DNA from: Alphaproteobacteria bacterium | Lineage (GTDB): Bacteria > Pseudomonadota > Alphaproteobacteria > Micavibrionales > UBA2020 | Direction: 5' to 3' | NCBI GenBank assembly: GCA_016794125.1 | Contig: JAEUKT010000002.1 | Coordinates: 719,396 to 783,395 of the forward strand | DNA: 64,000 nt | Shown here: one piece after another, positions 44,766 through 54,899 of the stretch | Numbering within the stretch: position 1 is the stretch's first letter | Layout of the letters: every line of letters starts with the position of its first letter | Made by a program: the position numbers and the translations under genes | The notes under the pieces: generated by a model | What the model saw: the letters and a program-made list of their open reading frames with translations, nothing else | Databases searched by the model: none | What the model was told of the DNA's origin: nothing

Positions 44766-45344
44766 TTAAGGCAGCGGCGGCGCTGGCGGCAGCGATCCGC
44801 CGGGTTGGCTCATGCGGAAACGCTCGGGCAGTTCGAACATGCCGGGTTTCGCCTTGCGGGCGATCAGTTGCGCGATCACGTCGTCGTAGTCATTGACGCG
44901 CGCGGCGGCCTTGTCGACCGTGCTGCGGAAGGTGAAGCGGGATTGCTCCTTGCGGCTCAGTTCGTTTTCAAAAAAGGAATGGCTCAGCAGGGCGTAATCC
45001 ATCGGCGTGTGGCCGGCCTCGTCCTTGGCATGGGGGTCGGCGCCGTATTTCAGCAGGTAATGCACGATATCGGGCGCGCCCAGCAGGCAGGCGGCATGCA
45101 GCGGCGTTGCGCCCACGCCATAGGGCACGTTGACCATCATGTTCGACAGCATGCCGCGCGACGTTGTGCGCGCATCAAGGTCGGCGCCTTCGTCGATCAT
45201 GTTGGCGACGACATGCAGCTTGCCGCTCTCCACCGCCTGGAAAAACAGGTTGGTGCCGTGGCGGTTGATGGTGTTGATCTCCGCGCGGCGCTGTTCGGCC
45301 TTGTCGGCGGGGGATTTGCGGTTAAACGGCAATCTTGCGGACAT
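44766..45344 (-). CDS. Ankyrin-repeat protein
   Basis: Start at the ATG at 45344 (GGGAG upstream). ANK units (GTNLFFQAVESGKLHVVANMIDEGADLDA ; GATPLHAACLLGAPDIVHYLLKYGADPHAKD). Confidence 0.8.
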   Translation of the reverse strand: MSARLPFNRKSPADKAEQRRAEINTINRHGTNLFFQAVESGKLHVVANMIDEGADLDARTTSRGMLSNMMVNVPYGVGATPLHAACLLGAPDIVHYLLKYGADPHAKDEAGHTPMDYALLSHSFFENELSRKEQSRFTFRSTVDKAAARVNDYDDVIAQLIARKAKPGMFELPERFRMSQPGGSLPPAPPLP

Positions 45345-45553
45345 TCTTGCGAAATCTCCCGTAAATACGTGCTGAAAACTTGTTATGCCGCAGTTATCGC
45401 CCGACTTGGCCCAACATGCAAGACGGCATGGCGGGGAAGATGCCAGATTCATGCTGATTATGGGAATAAAAAGGGGGTGTTTTGCTTGACCCGCGGGGCC
45501 TGTTTTGGCCATGATGGCGCGGATATTAAGGTTTGTAATATAAGGACAAAAAC

Positions 45554-46273
45554 ATGTCGGACGTGATGCAGGAAGTGAACGACGAACTCCGCCAGCAAAG
45601 GCTGGAGGCGTTCTGGATCGAGAACCGCAACTGGATCATCGGCGGCGTTATCCTGGCGATCGTCACGACCGCAGGCCTCACATGGTGGCGCGGCTATACC
45701 TACAAACAAGATATGGCGCGCACGACCCAGCTGATGGCGGCGATCAAATCCGAAGACGCAAAATCGCTGACCGATTTCGCGGCGCAGTCCGGCAAAAACC
45801 ACGCGGCGCTGGCGAAGCTGTCGGCGGCGGGCCTGCATGTGAAAAACGGCAACCCCGCGCGCGCGATCGAACTGTATGCCGAAGTCGCAGGCAGCATGTC
45901 CGCCGACCGCGAACTGCGCGACCTTGCGAAAATCCTCAGCCTCAACCTGCGCCTTGGCACGGAAGACCCGAAAAAGCTGCACAAGGAACTGGCCGATATG
46001 TCGGGCGCGAAAGAACCCTACCGCTACACCGCGCTGGAAATGGACGCGCTGGTCTATGCGGGCGAGGGCAACATGAAGGACGCGGCCGCCAAGCTGGAGG
46101 CGATTTCGTCGAGCCCCGATGCGCCCGAAGATTCCCGCCTGCGCGCCACCACGCTGCATGAATTCTACGCGGCATCGGCGAATGAATCCGTCCCGTTCAA
46201 AAAGGACGCGGCAGCGTCGGATAAAAAGGACGCGCCCGAGAAAGCCGTTCCCGAGAAAGCAGCGAAACCCTGA
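45554..46273 (+). CDS. YfgM-like membrane-anchored TPR-like protein
   Basis: N-terminal pattern (..ELRQQRLEAFWIENRNWIIGGVILAIV..) and the conserved position upstream of bamB-der. Confidence 0.6.
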   Translation: MSDVMQEVNDELRQQRLEAFWIENRNWIIGGVILAIVTTAGLTWWRGYTYKQDMARTTQLMAAIKSEDAKSLTDFAAQSGKNHAALAKLSAAGLHVKNGNPARAIELYAEVAGSMSADRELRDLAKILSLNLRLGTEDPKKLHKELADMSGAKEPYRYTALEMDALVYAGEGNMKDAAAKLEAISSSPDAPEDSRLRATTLHEFYAASANESVPFKKDAAASDKKDAPEKAVPEKAAKP

Positions 46274-47607
46274 TGAAACAGCTCCCCCGCATCGCCGCAT
46301 CGCTCGCCCTTGTTCTTGCCCTATCGTCCTGCGCCAAGGTGAAATCCATGTTCAGCGACGAAGACCTGACGCCGCCCCTGAAGGGCGAGCGCATTTCGGT
46401 GCTGCAGCTGCAGAACGACCTGGTGCCAAACCCGGAGCTGAAGGATGAAACGGTCGAGCTTCCCGAAGCCTGGGTCAACCAGTTCTGGCCGCAGCGCGGC
46501 GGGTACCCGAACCATGCGCTGGGGCAACTGGAACTGGGCGACAAGCTGGAACGCGTCTGGAAGGCATCGATTGGCGGCGGCGGCGACAAGCGCAACCCGC
46601 TGACTGCAACGCCCGTGGTCGCGGAAAACACCGTCTATGCGCTCGATACCGAAGGCCATCTTTCCGCCTTCAACCTGCAGGACGGCAAGCGCAAATGGCG
46701 CAAATCCATCGTGCCGAAAAAGAACGAAGACGACGGCGCGGTCGGCGGCGGGCTTGCCTATGCCTCGGGCCGCCTGTTTGCGACGAACGGCTATAAATAT
46801 TTGCAGGCGCTGAACCCCGCGACAGGCGCGCAAATCTGGCGCGCCGACCTGCCGGCGCCCGTGCGTTCCGCCCCCACCGTGATGGACGACCGCGTCTATG
46901 CCGTCACGCTCGATAACCGCCTTGCCGTTTTCAACGCCAAGGACGGCACGCCGCTCTGGGATCATGCGGGCGTCAGCGAAACGACGAACCTGCTGGGCTC
47001 GGCTTCGCCCGCGGCCGATGCGACGCTGGTCGTGCTGCCGCTGTCATCGGGTGAAATCTTCGGCCTGCGCCCCGAAAACGGCCAGATCGCATGGGAAGAC
47101 AACCTGTCCGCCGTGCGCCGCAACGGGTCGATCGATTCAATCTCCGACATCAAGGCGCTGCCCGTGATCGACCAGAACGTGGTCTATGCGGCCAGCTTCT
47201 CCGGCCGCATGGTCGCGCTCGACCAGGTGACGGGCAGCCGCATCTGGCAGCGCGAAATCGGCTCGACCGAAACGCCGTGGGCGGCGGGCGACACCGTCTA
47301 TGTCGTATCTTCCGACCAGCAGATGATCGCGCTCACGCGCGCCGCCGGCGATGTGCGCTGGATCACGCCGCTGCCCCGTTTCGAAGACGGCGACCGCGAA
47401 CAGCCCGTCGTCTGGTCCGGCCCTGTGCTGGCGGGCGGCCGCCTGATCGCCGTGTCAAGCGACGGCAACATGGTCGAAGTCAGCCCGCAGGACGGCAAGA
47501 TCCTGCGCAAACAAGAATTGGGCGGCAACGCCACCCTGCCGCCGCTGGTGGCGAACCAAACCCTGATCGTCCTGACCACGGACGGCGTGTTGCGGGCTTA
47601 TCGGTAA
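46273..47607 (+). CDS. bamB: Outer-membrane assembly lipoprotein BamB (PQQ-like beta-propeller)
   Basis: Lipobox LSSC, repeated beta-propeller blades (..G.l.A.d..tG...W) and a position upstream of der. Confidence 0.8.
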   Translation: MKQLPRIAASLALVLALSSCAKVKSMFSDEDLTPPLKGERISVLQLQNDLVPNPELKDETVELPEAWVNQFWPQRGGYPNHALGQLELGDKLERVWKASIGGGGDKRNPLTATPVVAENTVYALDTEGHLSAFNLQDGKRKWRKSIVPKKNEDDGAVGGGLAYASGRLFATNGYKYLQALNPATGAQIWRADLPAPVRSAPTVMDDRVYAVTLDNRLAVFNAKDGTPLWDHAGVSETTNLLGSASPAADATLVVLPLSSGEIFGLRPENGQIAWEDNLSAVRRNGSIDSISDIKALPVIDQNVVYAASFSGRMVALDQVTGSRIWQREIGSTETPWAAGDTVYVVSSDQQMIALTRAAGDVRWITPLPRFEDGDREQPVVWSGPVLAGGRLIAVSSDGNMVEVSPQDGKILRKQELGGNATLPPLVANQTLIVLTTDGVLRAYR

Positions 47608-47615
47608 TAAATAAA

Positions 47616-49037
47616 ATGACTTTCACTGTCGCCATCATCGGCCGCCCGAATGTGGGCAAATCCACCCTGTTCAACCGTCTTGTCGGAAAACGGTTGGCGC
47701 TGGTGCATGACACGCCCGGCCTCACGCGCGACTGGCGCATGGCGGATGCCGAGTTGATGGGCCTGAAATTCAAGGTCATCGACACCGCAGGGCTGGAGGA
47801 AAGCTTCGACGACACGATTCAGGGCCGCATGCGCCAGCAAACCGAACGCGCGCTGGAAAAGGCCGACTTCGCGTTCCTCGTGGTCGATGCCCGCACAGGC
47901 CTCACGCCGATGGACAAGCATTTCGCGATGTGGCTGCGCAAACAGAAAATAAAATCCGCGCTGCTGGTCAACAAATGCGAAAGCAACAAGGCGATCGAGG
48001 GCATGTACGAAGCCTATGAACTGGGCTTCGGCGAGCCGATCCCGATTTCCGCCGAACACGGGCAGGGCATGGAAGATTTGTACCAGCTGCTGCGCCCGAT
48101 GGTCGAGGCATCCGCGCCCCCCGAACCTGAAGTGACCGAAGAAGAAGACATCGAACGCTACTTCCAGAAATATCAGGAAGGCGACGAAACGGGCTTCGGC
48201 GACGAAGAAGAAGTCGAAGACCTCGAAACCCCGATCAAGGTCGCCATCGTCGGCCGCCCGAATGTGGGCAAATCGACCTTCATGAACGCGATTCTGGGCG
48301 AACACCGCTCCATGACGGGGCCCGAAGCCGGCATCACGCGCGACGCGGTGCATGTGGATTGGCATTTCCGCGGCCGCAAAATGCGCCTGGTCGATACCGC
48401 CGGCATGCGCAAAAAGGCGCGCGTCCACAACATCATCGAACATATGTCGGTGCAGGATACGCTGCGCCAGATCCGCCTTGCGCAGGTCGTGATTTTGATG
48501 GTCGAGGCCGATACCGAATTCGAAAAACAGGACCTGACCATCGCGCACCATGTGATCGACGAAGGCCGCGCGCTGGTCGTCGTCGCCAATAAATGGGACG
48601 CGGTCGAGGACAAGGAAAAAAAGCTGGAGGAATTGCAGTTCCAGCTGACCAAGCACATGGCGCAGGTCAAGGATGTGCCGCTGATGACCATTTCGGCGCT
48701 GAACGGCGGCAAGCGCGTGGAAAACGTGCTGCAGACCGTGCTGGATGTCTATGCGCTGTGGAACAAACGCGTGCAGACCGGCAAACTGAACCGCTGGCTG
48801 CGCATGATGGAATCGCAAAACCCCGCGCCGCTGATCCAGGGGCGCCAGAACCGGTTACGCTACATGACGCAGATCAAGGCGCGCCCGCCGACATTTGCGC
48901 TGTGGATGTCAAACCCCGACGGATATCCCGAGGCGCATGAACGCTATATCGTCAACGGCCTGCGCCGCGATTTCGACCTGCCGTCGGTGCCGGTGCGCAT
49001 CGTTCTGAAACAGGCGAAGAACCCGTACAAGGATTAA
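47616..49037 (+). CDS. der: Ribosome-associated GTPase Der/EngA
   Basis: Two GTPase domains (GRPNVGKSTLFNRL and GRPNVGKSTFMNAI; DTAG twice; NKCE/NKWD) plus a KH-like C-terminus. The true start is the ATG at 47616. Confidence 0.9.
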   Translation: MTFTVAIIGRPNVGKSTLFNRLVGKRLALVHDTPGLTRDWRMADAELMGLKFKVIDTAGLEESFDDTIQGRMRQQTERALEKADFAFLVVDARTGLTPMDKHFAMWLRKQKIKSALLVNKCESNKAIEGMYEAYELGFGEPIPISAEHGQGMEDLYQLLRPMVEASAPPEPEVTEEEDIERYFQKYQEGDETGFGDEEEVEDLETPIKVAIVGRPNVGKSTFMNAILGEHRSMTGPEAGITRDAVHVDWHFRGRKMRLVDTAGMRKKARVHNIIEHMSVQDTLRQIRLAQVVILMVEADTEFEKQDLTIAHHVIDEGRALVVVANKWDAVEDKEKKLEELQFQLTKHMAQVKDVPLMTISALNGGKRVENVLQTVLDVYALWNKRVQTGKLNRWLRMMESQNPAPLIQGRQNRLRYMTQIKARPPTFALWMSNPDGYPEAHERYIVNGLRRDFDLPSVPVRIVLKQAKNPYKD

Positions 49038-49056
49038 GCCGCCGGCGTTATCGGCA

Positions 49057-50010
49057 TCAGATCAGCGGTGCCGATGGCGGGATTGCGTCGTCGATGCGGT
49101 GATGTTCCACGCCCGCCGGTTCCTGATGGATCAGCACTTCCGATGTGGGGAAGGCTTCGTAGAGGGTTTTTTCCAGCTCCTCCGTGATGTCATGCGCGCG
49201 CTCGACGCTCAGCTTGCCATCGACCTCGATGTGGAATTCGATGAAAATACGTGTGCCGGTCGAACGCGTGCGCAGGTCGTGCGCCGCCTGCACCAGCGGA
49301 TGCGCCGATGCCAGCGCCAGTATCTTTTCGCGGTCGGCCTGCGGCAATTCCTTGTCCATCAAAATGTCGAAGCTTTCGCGCGTGATGTGGAACGCGCCCC
49401 ACAGCAGCGACAGCGCGATCACGCTGGCGAAGATCGGGTCGAAATAGGGCCAGCTGCTGTAATAGCTGAGCGCCAGCGCCGCGAAAACGCCAAGGTTCAT
49501 CAACAGGTCGCCCTTGTAATGCATATGGTCGGCGGAAATCGCGATCGACTGCGTCTTGCGGATGACGAAGGTCTGGAAGGCGATCAGGAACACCGTCATC
49601 ACCATTGAAAACACCATCACATTGATGCCGATGGCGGGCTCGTTCACGGCCATCGGCGACACGAAACGGCGCATGCTTTCCACGATCAGGAAAATGGCCG
49701 ATCCGAACACGAACACGGCCTGCCCCAGCGCCGACAGCGCCTCCAGCTTGCCGTGGCCGAAGCGGTGTTCTTCATCGGCGGGTGTGGCCGCGTGGATGAT
49801 CGACATCATGGTGACCAGTGAGGCCAGCCCGTCGAAGGCCGAATCCATCAGCGACGAAAGTATGGAGACCGAGTTGGTGGTCAGGAACGCGAACAGTTTT
49901 GTAATGACCAGTATCAGCGCGACCGTGATGCTGGCGACGCTCGCCCACCGCTTCAGGTTCAGGATCTTCTGGTCGTCCTGCCCGTGCAGATAGGGGTTGG
50001 CGATGCTCAT
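49057..50010 (-). CDS. Cation diffusion facilitator (CDF) family transporter
   Basis: Six TM segments with the CDF signature (SLMDSAFDGLASLV ; HMHYKGDLLMN) and a cytoplasmic C-terminal domain. Confidence 0.85.
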   Translation of the reverse strand: MSIANPYLHGQDDQKILNLKRWASVASITVALILVITKLFAFLTTNSVSILSSLMDSAFDGLASLVTMMSIIHAATPADEEHRFGHGKLEALSALGQAVFVFGSAIFLIVESMRRFVSPMAVNEPAIGINVMVFSMVMTVFLIAFQTFVIRKTQSIAISADHMHYKGDLLMNLGVFAALALSYYSSWPYFDPIFASVIALSLLWGAFHITRESFDILMDKELPQADREKILALASAHPLVQAAHDLRTRSTGTRIFIEFHIEVDGKLSVERAHDITEELEKTLYEAFPTSEVLIHQEPAGVEHHRIDDAIPPSAPLI

Positions 50011-50020
50011 GATTGTCCCG

Positions 50021-50746
50021 TCATGCGGCGGCCTGTACCAGCTTGCCGGTCGCAGCGCAACTGGGCGCTGCCAGTTCGATGAAACGCTCGACGAGTGTTT
50101 CGGGCGCCGGCAGTTTATTTGCGTCTTCGCCGGGGAAGGCCTCCGCGCGCATTTCCGTGCGCACCGCGCCGGGGTCGAGGATATTAACCTTCAGCGGGCT
50201 ATAGGCGGTTTCAGCGGCATAGGTCGCCACCATGTTTTCAAGCGCGGCTTTCGATGCGGCATAACCGCTCCAGAACGGGGACGACATATGCGCCGCGCCC
50301 GATGTCACGAAAATCGCGCGGCCCGCGTCCGACCCGCGCAAGTAAGGGTCAAGCGCGCGGATCAGGTGGTAGTTGGCAAAGAAATTCACCTTGAAGGTTT
50401 CTTCGAACACCTTGTGGTCCGACATGGCGACGGGGCTGAGGTTGCCCAGCATCGCGGCATTGCCCACCAGAATATCAAGGCGGCGGAAACGCTCCGCGAT
50501 CACGGGCGCGATGCCGCCGATTTTTTTGGTCTCCGCAAGGTCGAACGGCAGCAGCGTCGCCTTGCCGCCGGCAGCCTGAATCTCGTCGTCCAATGCCTCC
50601 AGCGCGCCTTGCGTGCGCGCCAGCATGATCACATGCGCGCCTTCCATCGCAAAACCCTTGGCGACCGCCGCGCCGATGCCGCGCGATGCGCCGGTGACAA
50701 GCGCGACGCGCCCGGCAAGACGTTGTTGTGATGCTGGTTTAATCAT
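50021..50746 (-). CDS. Short-chain dehydrogenase/reductase (SDR)
   Basis: TGASRGIG cofactor motif, NAA and a YxxxK (YAASK) active site. Confidence 0.85.
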   Translation of the reverse strand: MIKPASQQRLAGRVALVTGASRGIGAAVAKGFAMEGAHVIMLARTQGALEALDDEIQAAGGKATLLPFDLAETKKIGGIAPVIAERFRRLDILVGNAAMLGNLSPVAMSDHKVFEETFKVNFFANYHLIRALDPYLRGSDAGRAIFVTSGAAHMSSPFWSGYAASKAALENMVATYAAETAYSPLKVNILDPGAVRTEMRAEAFPGEDANKLPAPETLVERFIELAAPSCAATGKLVQAAA

Positions 50747-51050
50747 TGCCTTGTGCGCCCTTGCTGATAATTTTTTCTAATTTCTTGCGGTCGTCTTTCG
50801 GGTATCCCTGCTGCTTGGCCTCTTCCGGCGTGACCGGCACGCCGTTGATGAGACGGCTGGCGATCAGCGTCACGCGGTCGCGCGCGTCATACAGCTTCAC
50901 GACTGCCTTGTTGTTGCGCACCTCTTCGGGCAGCGCGTTGCGGTCGAACATCACGGGAAACGCCGCCACCGCGCACAGGCCCGTCACAAGAATGACGAAC
51001 AGGCGGATGCGCCACGGCGAATGACCCTGTGCGTGTTTCTTGCGCGACAT
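50739..51050 (-). CDS. Small membrane-anchored hypothetical protein
   Basis: One TM segment (IRLFVILVTGLCAVAAFPV). Overlapping junctions with cvpA and the SDR gene. Confidence 0.5.
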   Translation of the reverse strand: MSRKKHAQGHSPWRIRLFVILVTGLCAVAAFPVMFDRNALPEEVRNNKAVVKLYDARDRVTLIASRLINGVPVTPEEAKQQGYPKDDRKKLEKIISKGAQGND

Positions 51051-51784
51051 CAGGGGCGCGCCGTGCGTTCGTCGTCGAGCAGTTCTTCTTGCATTTCGCG
51101 CTCTTCTTCCTCGGTCACGGGATTGGCTTCGGCGCGCGCCTTCGACGACGGCTTCAGGTTGATCTTGCTGATGATCTCCTTACCGTTATCGGCGACAAGT
51201 TTGCGCAGATCGACCTTGCTGTCGACATAGGCGACGGTGTCCTGCAAAATCGGCACGCTCACCGAATTTTTCGCCCAGTCGGGGAAATTATCCGCCTTCA
51301 CAAGGAAGGAGATGGGCAGGAAGCACAGGAACACGACCAGGAACCCGCGCGCCAAACCAAAACCCGCACCCAGCACTTTGTCCATCACGCCCAGCCCCGC
51401 CTCGTTCACCGCGCGGCTGACGAAGAAGCCGACCAGCGACATGATCAGGTAGATGATGACGAAAACGGACAGGTAAGACAGGATGACGGCGGTTTTTTCC
51501 GGCGACAGAACGCCCATGATCAGGTGTTCCTTGGCGATCGCCGCCTGCGCGACATCGGTTGCACCCTTGCTGATGGCGGCAGCGGCCTGTTCGCCGCGTT
51601 CATCCACCTTCAGCCATTTGTTATAGCTGGGGATCAGCAGCTCGCCGCCGAAATAGGTGACGGATGTCGCCACGATCAGCGCGAAGATCGTGAAGGCCTC
51701 GCGGATGATGCCGCGGAAATAGGCGACCAGCATGGACAGTGCCAAGATCACGGCGATGATGATGTCGAGCGCGGCGGGTGTCAT
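51050..51784 (-). CDS. cvpA: CvpA family membrane protein
   Basis: N-terminal pattern LDIIIAVILALSMLVAYFRGIIRE.., polytopic. It lies downstream of radA, as in many proteobacteria. Confidence 0.75.
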   Translation of the reverse strand: MTPAALDIIIAVILALSMLVAYFRGIIREAFTIFALIVATSVTYFGGELLIPSYNKWLKVDERGEQAAAAISKGATDVAQAAIAKEHLIMGVLSPEKTAVILSYLSVFVIIYLIMSLVGFFVSRAVNEAGLGVMDKVLGAGFGLARGFLVVFLCFLPISFLVKADNFPDWAKNSVSVPILQDTVAYVDSKVDLRKLVADNGKEIISKINLKPSSKARAEANPVTEEEEREMQEELLDDERTARP

Positions 51785-53152
51785 TTATTTATTTCCTTCC
51801 GAAAACAGCGGTAAAATATCCTGCAATTGCTTCACTTGCGTCAGTTTCAGCCCGTGATCGGCAACGGCTTTTTTGCCGGCCAGATGCGGGATCATGGCGT
51901 TTTTGAATCCCAGCTTGGATGCTTCCTTCAGCCGCTGGTCGCCCTGCGCCACATGGCGCACTTCGCCCGACAAACCGATCTCGCCGAACACAACCATGTC
52001 ATGCGGCACGGGAATGCCCGACAGCGAACTGACCAGCGCGGCGGCGACAGCCAAATCCGCAGCCGGTTCATTGATCTTCAATCCGCCGGCGACATTGAGG
52101 TAAACATCGTTCGGGCCGATGACGACCCCGCAGCGCGATTCCAATACCGCCAGCACCATTGAAAGCCGGCTTTGATCCCAGCCGATCACCGCGCGGCGCG
52201 GCGTGCCGAGCGGGGAGGGCGCGACGAGCGCCTGCACCTCGACCAGCACGGGGCGCGTGCCCTCCATGCCCGCAAACACCGCGCTGCCGGAAATTTCACG
52301 CTGGCGCTGCGACAGGAACAATTCGGACGGGTTCGGCACTTCCATCAACCCCTGTTCCGCCATTTCAAACACGCCGATTTCATCGGTGGGCCCGAAACGG
52401 TTTTTCACGGCGCGCAAAATGCGGAAACTGTGGCCGCGGTCGCCTTCGAAATACAAAACGGTATCGACCATGTGTTCCAAAACGCGCGGGCCCGCGATCT
52501 GGCCTTCCTTCGTCACATGGCCGACCAGCAGCAAGCAGGTACCGCGTTTTTTCGCGGCGCGGATCAGCTCTGCCGCCGATGCGCGCACCTGCGCAACTGT
52601 GCCGGGCGCGGAATCAAGGTTATCCAGATACATGGTCTGGATTGAATCGATCACGACCGCATCGAAATTGCGGCGCTCGATCGTTTCAATGATGTCGCGC
52701 ACGTTGGTTGCGGCGGCCAGTTCTACTTTTTCCTTCGCAAAGCCCAAACGTCCGGCGCGCATGCGCACTTGATCCAATGACTCCTCGCCCGAGATATAGG
52801 CGCAGGATGCCTTGCGCGAGAGCAGCGCGGTGACTTGCAACAGCAATGTCGATTTGCCGATGCCGGGATCACCGCCGATCAAAAGCGCGGAGCCGGGCAC
52901 AAGGCCGCCGCCCGCCACGCGGTCGAATTCGTTGATGCCGACGACGCGGCGCGGCTGGACTTCCGATACGCCCTCCAGCGGGTGCAGTTCGATGACACGG
53001 CCCTTGGCGCGGCCTAATCCTTGGGGCGGGCGGTCGTTCTTGGCTTCCTCTACCATCGAATTCCATTCGCCGCAGGCTTCGCACTTGCCGGCCCACTTGT
53101 TGTGGGACGAACCGCAGGACTGGCAGACATATAATGATGCGGGACGAGCCAT
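51785..53152 (-). CDS. radA: DNA repair protein RadA/Sms
   Basis: Zn-finger CQSCG..CEACGEW, Walker A GDPGIGKSTLLLQ, KNRFG motif and a Lon-like C-terminal domain. Confidence 0.9.
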   Translation of the reverse strand: MARPASLYVCQSCGSSHNKWAGKCEACGEWNSMVEEAKNDRPPQGLGRAKGRVIELHPLEGVSEVQPRRVVGINEFDRVAGGGLVPGSALLIGGDPGIGKSTLLLQVTALLSRKASCAYISGEESLDQVRMRAGRLGFAKEKVELAAATNVRDIIETIERRNFDAVVIDSIQTMYLDNLDSAPGTVAQVRASAAELIRAAKKRGTCLLLVGHVTKEGQIAGPRVLEHMVDTVLYFEGDRGHSFRILRAVKNRFGPTDEIGVFEMAEQGLMEVPNPSELFLSQRQREISGSAVFAGMEGTRPVLVEVQALVAPSPLGTPRRAVIGWDQSRLSMVLAVLESRCGVVIGPNDVYLNVAGGLKINEPAADLAVAAALVSSLSGIPVPHDMVVFGEIGLSGEVRHVAQGDQRLKEASKLGFKNAMIPHLAGKKAVADHGLKLTQVKQLQDILPLFSEGNK

Positions 53153-53345
53153 AATTGCTAATTAACCAGATAGGACAGGCACTTGCAAACATAACCTGAT
53201 TCTGAAATATTCCGTTCGACAATCCACTGGATTTTGGCATATTATATTTATATATCAAGATGTTAGAATCGGGTCGCCCTGCTTAATTGACATAACTTTC
53301 AAAGGCGGTTATCCTATTACTAACGGGTGTAGAGCGGGATTTGTC

Positions 53346-53747
53346 ATGAGTTTCAGGGATTTCACGATATCGCTGAGCGATAAGTTCAACTGGCTGGCCG
53401 AGCCGCCGAAGCGTCACTTCACGCTGGGCGAGGCCGTCAACTGGGCAACCGATGGCGAATTGATGCGCAACAAGGACCACAACTGGGGCCGCGGCGCACG
53501 TATCGTCGAGCGCGCGACCATGGCGCTGGGTGTCGCCGCAACGGTTGCCGTCTGCGTCGCCGAAAGTTCCTTTGCGCCGATCCTGCTGGTGCCGCTTGTC
53601 GCCAAGGGCGTCGCCTTCGTCGCGGCCGGCATTACCAGCGGTGTCGTCAACAAAATGGCCGCCATCGCCGAACGCCTTGAACGCCACACCGCAGAGCGCG
53701 AATACAAGCGCGAGAACAAACAGAACTTGCCCAGAGGAATGAGGTAG
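53346..53747 (+). CDS. Hypothetical membrane protein (paralog pair, member 1)
   Basis: Shares FNWLAEPPKRHFTLGE / RGARIVERATMALGV plus a hydrophobic segment with the next gene. Confidence 0.55.
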   Translation: MSFRDFTISLSDKFNWLAEPPKRHFTLGEAVNWATDGELMRNKDHNWGRGARIVERATMALGVAATVAVCVAESSFAPILLVPLVAKGVAFVAAGITSGVVNKMAAIAERLERHTAEREYKRENKQNLPRGMR

Positions 53748-53748
53748 C

Positions 53749-54444
53749 ATGGTCACACAACCGACCGAAATCGGCGCCAGCAACAAGGAATTCGACATCA
53801 ACCAGATGCCGCTTCCGGAGCGCAGCATATTCCACAAGGCTGAAAAAGTCCTCAGCTGGCTGAACGAACCGGCGGAGCATAAATACACGCTGGGCGAATT
53901 GTTCCGCAAAGTCACGTTCCAGGAACCGTCGCAGCACGGTTTCCACGCGTCGCGCATCGGCCGCATCGCCGAACGCGCCGCCACCATCGGCCTGACGATC
54001 GCCGTCCTGACGATGGGCCCCGCCAATATCGCGGTCATCCCGATGCTGATCGGCGCGAAGATCGCGGGTGTCGGCTTCGGCGGCCTTGTCGCCATGCCGC
54101 TGTCGAAGGGGCTGGAAGGCGTCATGCGCCATATCGACCGCGCTACCGATAAATCGAATAAAGTGAACACCGACGAATTCGCCCGCAAGCGCGGCATCAA
54201 GCCGAACGAACCGGCGGTCGGCGCGCGCAACGCGAAAGAATACAACCCCGAAGAAAAAATCGGCGCGTCGCGCATCGTCAATCCCGATGCCACGATCAAG
54301 CAGGAATTCGGCACGGTTGCGGCCGATACGCGTGCGGCAGATGCCCGCGCCTTCGACCCTTCCGGCGCAAAACCGATCGAGACGTATGGCCTTGGCCAGA
54401 AAAAGGCCGCAGCCGGCGGCCCCGGCCAGAAAAACGGCGGTTAA
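53749..54444 (+). CDS. Hypothetical membrane protein (paralog pair, member 2)
   Basis: LSWLNEPAEHKYTLGE / RIGRIAERAATIGLT plus a hydrophobic segment. It starts 1 nt after the member 1 stop. Confidence 0.55.
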   Translation: MVTQPTEIGASNKEFDINQMPLPERSIFHKAEKVLSWLNEPAEHKYTLGELFRKVTFQEPSQHGFHASRIGRIAERAATIGLTIAVLTMGPANIAVIPMLIGAKIAGVGFGGLVAMPLSKGLEGVMRHIDRATDKSNKVNTDEFARKRGIKPNEPAVGARNAKEYNPEEKIGASRIVNPDATIKQEFGTVAADTRAADARAFDPSGAKPIETYGLGQKKAAAGGPGQKNGG

Positions 54445-54465
54445 AAAGTTTTAGAAAACAGATCA

Positions 54466-54501
54466 AAGAAAAAGCCCCGGTTTTCACCGGGGCTTTTTTT
54501 A
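54466..54501. terminator. Bidirectional intrinsic terminator
   Basis: AGCCCCGG-TTTTCA-CCGGGGCT flanked by an A tract and TTTTTTT, between convergent genes. Confidence 0.75.
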
Positions 54502-54521
54502 TCTTTTATCCGAAGAAAAGC

Positions 54522-54899
54522 TTAAGCGGCTTTTTTCTTCTGCGCGTCCAGCGCCGCTTTCGCCTGTGCGGCGATGGCGGCAAAGCCGGCTGCGTCATGG
54601 ATCGCGATGTCCGACAGGACTTTGCGGTCCAGCTGGTTGCCGGCCAGTTTCAGGCCGTTCATCAGCGTGGAATAGGTCAGGCCGTTCAGGCGCGCGCCGG
54701 CGTTGATACGCTGGATCCACAGGCCGCGGAAGTCGCGCTTCTTGTTGCGACGGTCGCGGTATGCGTAACGCAGTGCCTTTTCGACTTTTTCGATGGCGAC
54801 GCGGTAGCATTTGCTGCCACGGCCACGATAGCCTTTTGCCAGTTCAAGAATTTTCTTGTGGCGGTTGATCGAGGCGGTGCCTCCCTTGACGCGAGCCAT
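54522..54899 (-). CDS. rplT: 50S ribosomal protein L20
   Basis: [26 protein letters not shown].. is canonical L20. Confidence 0.95.
   Translation of the reverse strand: MARVKGGTASINRHKKILELAKGYRGRGSKCYRVAIEKVEKALRYAYRDRRNKKRDFRGLWIQRINAGARLNGLTYSTLMNGLKLAGNQLDRKVLSDIAIHDAAGFAAIAAQAKAALDAQKKKAA

Noticed and set aside
47091-47615. The 175-codon N-terminal extension of the der ORF, overlapping bamB.
   Set aside because: The extension is Arg/Pro/Gly-rich junk in an alternative frame of bamB. The canonical Der N-terminus (MTFTVAIIGRPNVGKST) begins at 47616.
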